50,568 bases of DNA from Candidatus Dormiibacterota bacterium (GTDB lineage Bacteria; Chloroflexota; Dormibacteria; Aeolococcales; Bog-877), in NCBI GenBank assembly GCA_013044295.1, contig JABEUU010000175.1, positions 1-50,568 on the forward strand, written 5' to 3'. Each line of letters begins with the position of its first letter. The stretch's first letter is position 1. The translations under genes and the position numbers were made by a program. Shown piece by piece: positions 45,398 through 50,568 of the stretch. The notes under the pieces were generated by a model. That model saw only the letters and a list, made by a program, of their open reading frames with translations, ran no database searches and was not told the origin of the DNA.

Positions 45398-46488
45398 GCC
45401 GCGCCTCCAGTCCCGCTTCGCGAAGCCAGCGTCCGGTCCTCGACCTGGGTCAGTCGTTGCGCCAGATTCAGGAACGCTCCGGCCTTTCCTCCGAGGAGCT
45501 GATCGAGGTGGTGGCCGAGGCCGTCAGAGACGCCTGGGCGGCGGTCGAACTGGTGTCGCCCCCCTTGACGGTGGCGTTGGAGCCCGAGACCGGGCGGCTC
45601 CTGGTCGAGGTGATCCAGCAGGTGGTGGCGGGCGCGGCCGCGAACAGCTCTCAGGCCACCCTGGCGGAGGCCCTGGCGGTGGACCCGAACCTTGAGGCCG
45701 GAGACCAGCTGCGCCGTCCCATCGAGCTACCCGGGCCGGTCCAGAGCCGGGCGGCGCATTTGGCCCAGGTAAGGCTGGGCCGCTTGCTCAAGGAGGCCCA
45801 GCAGCGGCAGCTGGTGGGGGAGGCCGAGGAGCATCGGGGCCAGCTCGTGGACAGCATCGTGGAGCGCTCCGACGAGGGAACCTGGTACTTGCGGGCCGGA
45901 GCTCTGCAAGCGGTGTTGGCTCGAGAGGAGCAGATTCCCAAAGAGAGGCTTCAGCGGGGCCAGCATCTCAAGGTTGTGCTGTTGGAATCAAAGCTCGGCG
46001 GAGGCGCGGAATATCTTCAGGTGCGGGCTTCGCGGACCAGCCCTCTGCTATTGCGCCGGCTGCTGGAGTCGGAGGTCCCCGAGCTGGGTGAGGGGACTCT
46101 GGCGCTGCGTTCCGTGACCAGGGACCCGGGCGAGCGAGCCAAGGTGGCGGTCGAGTCCCTGCGCGATGAGGTGGATGCCAAGGGAGCCTGCATCGGCGTG
46201 CGCGGGGTGAGGATACGCGCTGTGGTGGCGCTCCTGGCCGGGGAGAAGGTCGACGTCGTGGAGTGGTCGGACGACCCCGCCATCTATGTGGCCAGGGCGC
46301 TGGCGCCAGCCCCGGTGCTGGCCGTGCGTATCGACCAGGAGTCCCGCCGCGCCACGGTGACGGTGGCCCCGGATGTGCTCTCCCTCGCGATCGGCCGGGA
46401 GGGCCAGAATGCGCGTCTGGCGGCCAGGCTGACCGGCTGGCGGATCGACATCCACGCGGCCGGGTCCGAAGTTCCCACCCGAGTGTGA
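45394..46488 (+). CDS. nusA: Transcription termination/antitermination factor NusA
   Basis: GTGA overlap with rimP. S1 and two KH domains are present (ACIGVRGVRIRAV...; LAIGREGQNARLAARLTGWRIDI). Confidence 0.93.
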   Translation: MSRASSPASRSQRPVLDLGQSLRQIQERSGLSSEELIEVVAEAVRDAWAAVELVSPPLTVALEPETGRLLVEVIQQVVAGAAANSSQATLAEALAVDPNLEAGDQLRRPIELPGPVQSRAAHLAQVRLGRLLKEAQQRQLVGEAEEHRGQLVDSIVERSDEGTWYLRAGALQAVLAREEQIPKERLQRGQHLKVVLLESKLGGGAEYLQVRASRTSPLLLRRLLESEVPELGEGTLALRSVTRDPGERAKVAVESLRDEVDAKGACIGVRGVRIRAVVALLAGEKVDVVEWSDDPAIYVARALAPAPVLAVRIDQESRRATVTVAPDVLSLAIGREGQNARLAARLTGWRIDIHAAGSEVPTRV

Positions 46489-46826
46489 GCAACAGGCCTT
46501 CGGCGCCACGCCGAGTGCCCCTGCGGACCTGCCTGGGCTGTCGGCGCCGACTTCCCCAGGGCGATCTGGTGCGCTTCCGGGTGAGCGTCGGGGTGGTGGT
46601 CATCGATCCGGCTGGTTTCAGGGGTCCAGGACGGGGAGCCTACATCTGTGCCAAGATGGATTGCTGGCAGGCGGTCGTGAAGCGGCGCGGCCCGCGGCAC
46701 GGCCTGGGGCCATACCTCGCAGCGGCCGATCAGACCGCCCTGACCGGGACTCTGGCGGGTATGATCTCCAATCCGCCCCCGGGTCCCGGGGTAGCCGTGC
46801 ACGGCATCACTGAGGAGGAACGCTGA
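46485..46826 (+). CDS. ylxR: YlxR (DUF448) RNA-binding protein
   Basis: GTGA overlap with nusA. PLRTCLGCRRRLPQGDLVRF...GRGAYIC is the YlxR signature. Confidence 0.85.
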   Translation: MSNRPSAPRRVPLRTCLGCRRRLPQGDLVRFRVSVGVVVIDPAGFRGPGRGAYICAKMDCWQAVVKRRGPRHGLGPYLAAADQTALTGTLAGMISNPPPGPGVAVHGITEEER

Positions 46827-48595
46827 TAGCCAAGGTCAAGCTGGTCGAGCTGCCCGAGAACCTCACCGTCAAGTCCTTCGCGGAAGCCTTGGGCGTGGCG
46901 CCTGCCGAGGTGTCCAAGATCCTGCTTCAGCACCGGATCCTGGCCACCATAAACCAATCCCTTGACCTTGGCACCGCCCGCCTGGTGGCCGAGCAGTTGG
47001 AGGTGGAGTTGGCTGCTCCGGGCGAAGCTGCCAGCGAGCTGGTCGAACGGTTCTCCGATCGCGAGCAGTTCAAGTCTGACAGCGCCTCCGGCCAGCTTCG
47101 GCCCCGGCCGCCGGTGGTGACCGTGCTCGGCCATGTCGACCACGGCAAGACCAGCTTGCTGGACGCCATCCGGCAGTCCGACGTCGCCTCCAAGGAGGCG
47201 GGCGGGATCACCCAGAGCATAGGCGCCTCGGTGGTGACCAGGGACGAACGACAGATCACCTTCATCGACACTCCGGGCCACGAGGCGTTCACGGCCATGC
47301 GCGCCCGCGGCGCCAACATCACCGACCTGGCGGTGCTGGTGGTGGCGGCCAACGACGGAGTCATGCCCCAAACCACCGAGGCGATCCAGCACGTCCGCAA
47401 CGCCGGTGTCCCGATCCTGGTGGCGATCAACAAGGTTGACCTGGAGGACGCCAACCCGGACCGGGTGAAGCAGCAGCTTGCGGAGAAGGGCGTGGTGGTG
47501 GAGGAGTTCGGCGGTGACGTGGTCTGCGTCCCGGTGTCGGCCAAGACCGGAGATGGGGTCGACCACCTGCTGGAGATGATCCTGCTGGTGACAGACCTGA
47601 GCGACCCTCGTGCCAACCCCAACCGCCCTGCGGAGGCAACGGTCATCGACTCGCAGATGGACAGGGGCCGCGGTCCGGTCGCCGCCGTGCTGGTCCAAGA
47701 GGGCACCCTGAAGGTGCAGAGCGACTTCGTGATCGGCTCCATCTCCGGCCGGGTGCGCGCCCTCTACGACGACAAGGGGCAGCGGATTGAGAGCTGCGGC
47801 CCTGGTCTTCCCGCCCAGGTGGTCGGCCTGGCGGAGGTGGCGACCGCTGGTGACCGGCTGCTGGTGGTGGGCTCGGAGAAGGAGGCCAGAGTGAGGGCGG
47901 AGGCCAACCTGCTCGCCCACCGGGCCGGCCACTCCGAGGCGCCCAAGGTCAGCCTGGCGGAGCTCAGCCGCCAGAGCGACCAGGAGGTCCGTGACCTCGA
48001 CCTGGTGGTCAAGGCGGACACCCAAGGGGCGGTCGAGGCGCTGCGCGGTTCCCTGCTCAAATTCGCCGACCCCCTGGTCCGGCTGCGCCTGGTCTACGAG
48101 GGGGTGGGTCCGATCACGGAGACCGACGTCGACCTGGCCGCCGCCGCCAACGCGATCGTGATCGGGTTCAACGTTCGCCCGGAGCCGAACGCGCGAGCCG
48201 CCGCCGACAACCAGGGGATCGACATCCGCACCTACGACGTCGTCTACCAGATCACCGACGACATTGAGAAGGCGATTCGGGGCCTGCACGAGCCCACCTT
48301 TGAAGAGGTGTTCGAGGGCCGGGCGGAGGTGAAGGCTCGGATCAGGGTCCCGCGCAGTGGCGTGATCGCCGGCAGCCAGGTCACCGACGGCAAGATCAGT
48401 CGTGGCTCTTTGGTCGTTGTGCTCCGGGACGGCAGGGAGATTCAGCGCGCCAAGGTGGAGTCGCTGCGCCGGTTCAAGGACGACGTGCGCGAGGTGGCCC
48501 AGGGCTATGAGTGTGGGATCGACCTGGGCGCCTATCAGGACTTTGCGGAAGGGGACATTCTCGAGTGCTATGTGGTGCAGCAGCGCAACCGCTGA
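46826..48595 (+). CDS. infB: Translation initiation factor IF-2 (short form; probable ATA start)
   Basis: G domain [24 protein letters not shown]. The conserved N-terminal segment (M)[23 protein letters not shown] lies upstream of the first canonical start (TTG 46889). The frame opens at 46814, and GAGGAGG (46812-46818) sits 7 nt before in-frame ATA 46826. Confidence 0.9.
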   Translation: MAKVKLVELPENLTVKSFAEALGVAPAEVSKILLQHRILATINQSLDLGTARLVAEQLEVELAAPGEAASELVERFSDREQFKSDSASGQLRPRPPVVTVLGHVDHGKTSLLDAIRQSDVASKEAGGITQSIGASVVTRDERQITFIDTPGHEAFTAMRARGANITDLAVLVVAANDGVMPQTTEAIQHVRNAGVPILVAINKVDLEDANPDRVKQQLAEKGVVVEEFGGDVVCVPVSAKTGDGVDHLLEMILLVTDLSDPRANPNRPAEATVIDSQMDRGRGPVAAVLVQEGTLKVQSDFVIGSISGRVRALYDDKGQRIESCGPGLPAQVVGLAEVATAGDRLLVVGSEKEARVRAEANLLAHRAGHSEAPKVSLAELSRQSDQEVRDLDLVVKADTQGAVEALRGSLLKFADPLVRLRLVYEGVGPITETDVDLAAAANAIVIGFNVRPEPNARAAADNQGIDIRTYDVVYQITDDIEKAIRGLHEPTFEEVFEGRAEVKARIRVPRSGVIAGSQVTDGKISRGSLVVVLRDGREIQRAKVESLRRFKDDVREVAQGYECGIDLGAYQDFAEGDILECYVVQQRNR

Positions 48596-48620
48596 CCGGG
48601 TGGCTGCGGGGCCTGAGCGC

Positions 48621-49010
48621 GTGACCAGGGATGGCAACAATCCCCATCGCCTAGAGCGTCTCAACGCCCAGCTCCAGCAGGAGCTGGCCCTGGCCCTCTC
48701 CCGGGACGTCAAGGATCCCCGCCTGACCATGGTGACGGTGGTCTCCGTGGACTGCGCCTCCGATCTGTCGTCGGCCAAGGTTAAGTTCAGCTCGCTGGGG
48801 GACGACGCCGCCCGGGCGACCGCCCTCAAGACCCTGCAGCAGATGCGGGGATTCCTGCGGCACCTGCTGGGGGAGCGGCTGGAGAACTTGCGCCGGGTTC
48901 CCCAGTTGGAGTTCCGCCTGGACGACTCGATCGCCTACGGGGTGCGGGTGAACACCATCCTCCGCGAGATCGACTCCGCGCCGCCCGGTCGGAGCCCCTC
49001 CGGTGAGTGA
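48621..49010 (+). CDS. rbfA: Ribosome-binding factor A
   Basis: RLERLNAQLQQELALALSRDVKDPRL..VTVVSVDCASDLSSAKV, in the position after infB. GTG 48621 is the first start after the infB stop. Confidence 0.88.
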   Translation: MTRDGNNPHRLERLNAQLQQELALALSRDVKDPRLTMVTVVSVDCASDLSSAKVKFSSLGDDAARATALKTLQQMRGFLRHLLGERLENLRRVPQLEFRLDDSIAYGVRVNTILREIDSAPPGRSPSGE

Positions 49011-49977
49011 TGAGCTGGCTCAGATCCGGACCGTGGTGGACCGCGAAACCGACTTCCTGTGTGTCGCTCACAAGGATGCCGACGCCGACTCTCTGGGCTC
49101 GGCGCTGGCGTTTGCCGACCACCTCACCGGCCTGGGCAAGCGGGCCTATGTCTGGGTGCCGGATCCGCTGCCCCTGAACCTCGCCTACCTGCCGGGGTAC
49201 TCGGCCGTCAACCAGTTCCCCGCCCCGCCGGGCGCGGTGGCGGTGGCGTTCGATGCTGGCAGCCCGAGTCGCTTTGGCAATCTGCGGCCCAGACTTGAGG
49301 CGGCGCCGCTCACGATCCTCTTCGATCACCACGCCAGCAATGAAGGCTTCGGTGACCTTAGTGTGGTCGACCGCCAAGCCGCCGCCACGGGAGTGATCAT
49401 CTACCGGACCCTGGTCGCCTGGGGCGCCACGATCAGCCCGGCGGCGGCCACCAATCTCTACGCCGCCATCTTCACCGACACAGGCGGGTTTCGCCACGAC
49501 AACACCACCGGCGCCGTCCTGCGGCTGGGTGCTGAGCTCGCTGACCTGGGGGCGGATGTCGCCTTTGTCGCCCTCAAAAGCTATAAGTCGAGACCCCAGA
49601 CCACCCTCAAGCTGCAGGCCCAGGCGGCGTCGGCCGCCCACTACGAGATGGAGGGCAGGCTGATCTGGACCGAGGTCACCCAGCGAATGCTCGGGCAGGC
49701 GCAGGCTCTGATGGAGGAGACAGAGGGCATCATCGATGTCCTCCAGAGCTTGGACACCATGGAGTGCGCCATTCTCTTCAAGGAGGATGGGCCGGACCTG
49801 ACCAAGGTCAGCGTGCGTACCCGCGGAGACCTCGCCGCCTATGAGCTGGTGTCGGAGCTTGGTGGTGGGGGACACTTTCGTGCCGCGGGCGCCGAGGTGG
49901 CCGCGCCGCTGGCGGCTGTGCGGGAGCGGGTGCTCGGCAAAGCACGGTCGATGATCAACAGGGAGGCCCGCGATTGA
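49003..49977 (+). CDS. nrnA: DHH/DHHA1 phosphoesterase (NrnA-type oligoribonuclease/pAp phosphatase)
   Basis: Motifs HKDADADSLGS, FDHH, DTGGF and GGGHFRAAG are present, in the rbfA-nrnA-truB context. Confidence 0.85.
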   Translation: MSDELAQIRTVVDRETDFLCVAHKDADADSLGSALAFADHLTGLGKRAYVWVPDPLPLNLAYLPGYSAVNQFPAPPGAVAVAFDAGSPSRFGNLRPRLEAAPLTILFDHHASNEGFGDLSVVDRQAAATGVIIYRTLVAWGATISPAAATNLYAAIFTDTGGFRHDNTTGAVLRLGAELADLGADVAFVALKSYKSRPQTTLKLQAQAASAAHYEMEGRLIWTEVTQRMLGQAQALMEETEGIIDVLQSLDTMECAILFKEDGPDLTKVSVRTRGDLAAYELVSELGGGGHFRAAGAEVAAPLAAVRERVLGKARSMINREARD

Positions 49978-50568
49978 GCATTGGAACGGTTCGGAGTCCG
50001 GCTCGGCGCCAGTCCGGACCGCCAGCGATCAGCGGCGTTCTCAACTTGGCCAAGCCCGAGGGGATCACGTCTTTCGCAGCCATCCGGATCGCACGGGACG
50101 CCTTGCAGGAGCGCCACGTTGGCCATGCCGGGACGCTTGATCCCGCGGCCTCTGGGGTCCTGCCCCTGTGCGTGGGTCGCGCCACCCGGCTGGTGGAATA
50201 CATCCTGCGCCAATCGAAGACCTACCATGCCCGGTTGCGGCTGGGGCAGATGAGTGACACCGGAGACCTGGAGGGGGAGCTGCGCACCGTCGCCTCTGCG
50301 GCAGGCCTCACCCAGACGGACGTTGAGACCGCCCTGGTCGACTTCGTGGGCTTGGTGCAGCAGGTGCCGCCAATGCACTCCGCCGTTCGCCACCAGGGGC
50401 GCCACCTCTACGAGCTCGCCCGCCAGGGATTGACCGTGGAGCGCAAGGCGCGCACCGCCGAGATCCACAGCATCCGGCTGACCAAGTTCACACCCGGCGA
50501 GGTCGCTGAGGCCGAGGTTGAGGTGGTCTGTGGAAAGGGCACCTACCTCCGGGTGTTGGCATCTGACC
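49974..50568 (+). CDS. truB: tRNA pseudouridine-55 synthase TruB (3' end outside the window)
   Basis: This frame is not in the ORF track because it has no stop inside the window. TTG 49974 overlaps the nrnA stop (TTGA). The hand translation gives GVLNLAKPEGITSFAAIRIARD...VGHAGTLDPAASGVLPLCVGRATRL with the catalytic Asp motif. Confidence 0.88.
   Translation, partial: MSIGTVRSPARRQSGPPAISGVLNLAKPEGITSFAAIRIARDALQERHVGHAGTLDPAASGVLPLCVGRATRLVEYILRQSKTYHARLRLGQMSDTGDLEGELRTVASAAGLTQTDVETALVDFVGLVQQVPPMHSAVRHQGRHLYELARQGLTVERKARTAEIHSIRLTKFTPGEVAEAEVEVVCGKGTYLRVLASD

Noticed and set aside
1-50568. Search for CRISPR repeats, IS elements or transposases, integrases, toxin-antitoxin pairs, restriction-modification or other defence modules, and rRNA genes.
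   Set aside because: None were recognised. Every ORF of substantial length maps to a housekeeping family, and no regularly spaced direct repeats or terminal inverted repeats were noticed by eye. A computational repeat search was not possible.

Overview
This is a very GC-rich, densely packed, almost entirely plus-strand block of core housekeeping genes. I saw no rRNA, CRISPR array, transposase, integrase or recognisable defence or mobile module. Gene order is a chain of conserved Terrabacteria-type clusters: alaS...ruvX-mltG; efp-asp23-nusB-xseAB...nadK-recN; scpAB-rluB-cmk; dinG; CN-hydrolase/nadE; rsmI-tatD-rsmA; thrS-infC-rpmI-rplT-pheST; yebC-ruvCAB-queA-tgt-secDF; rimP-nusA-ylxR-infB-rbfA-nrnA-truB. 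Only four elements lie on the minus strand: an HD-GYP protein, a small zinc-finger ORF, tRNA-Val(GAC) and an MBL-rhodanese gene. Many ORF-track starts are over-extended into the upstream gene, so I moved them to in-frame starts that abut or overlap the preceding stop, often as NTGA. I found no convincing novel multi-gene system. The best leads are: (1) an FtsA/PilM-like ATPase plus a 588-aa bitopic surface protein wedged between alaS and ruvX; (2) a roughly 240-nt promoter-to-terminator unit on the minus strand downstream of the MBL-rhodanese gene, a candidate sRNA; (3) near-identical GAGGAGG-N7/8-ATA initiation sites for both infC and infB, and a ruvX with no canonical start; (4) a 536-bp ORF-free gap between convergent genes; (5) a tRNA-Val-adjacent mini-locus with two small Cys-rich ORFs and a consensus promoter abutting a start codon. 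All functional calls rest on motif recognition by eye. No database search was run.
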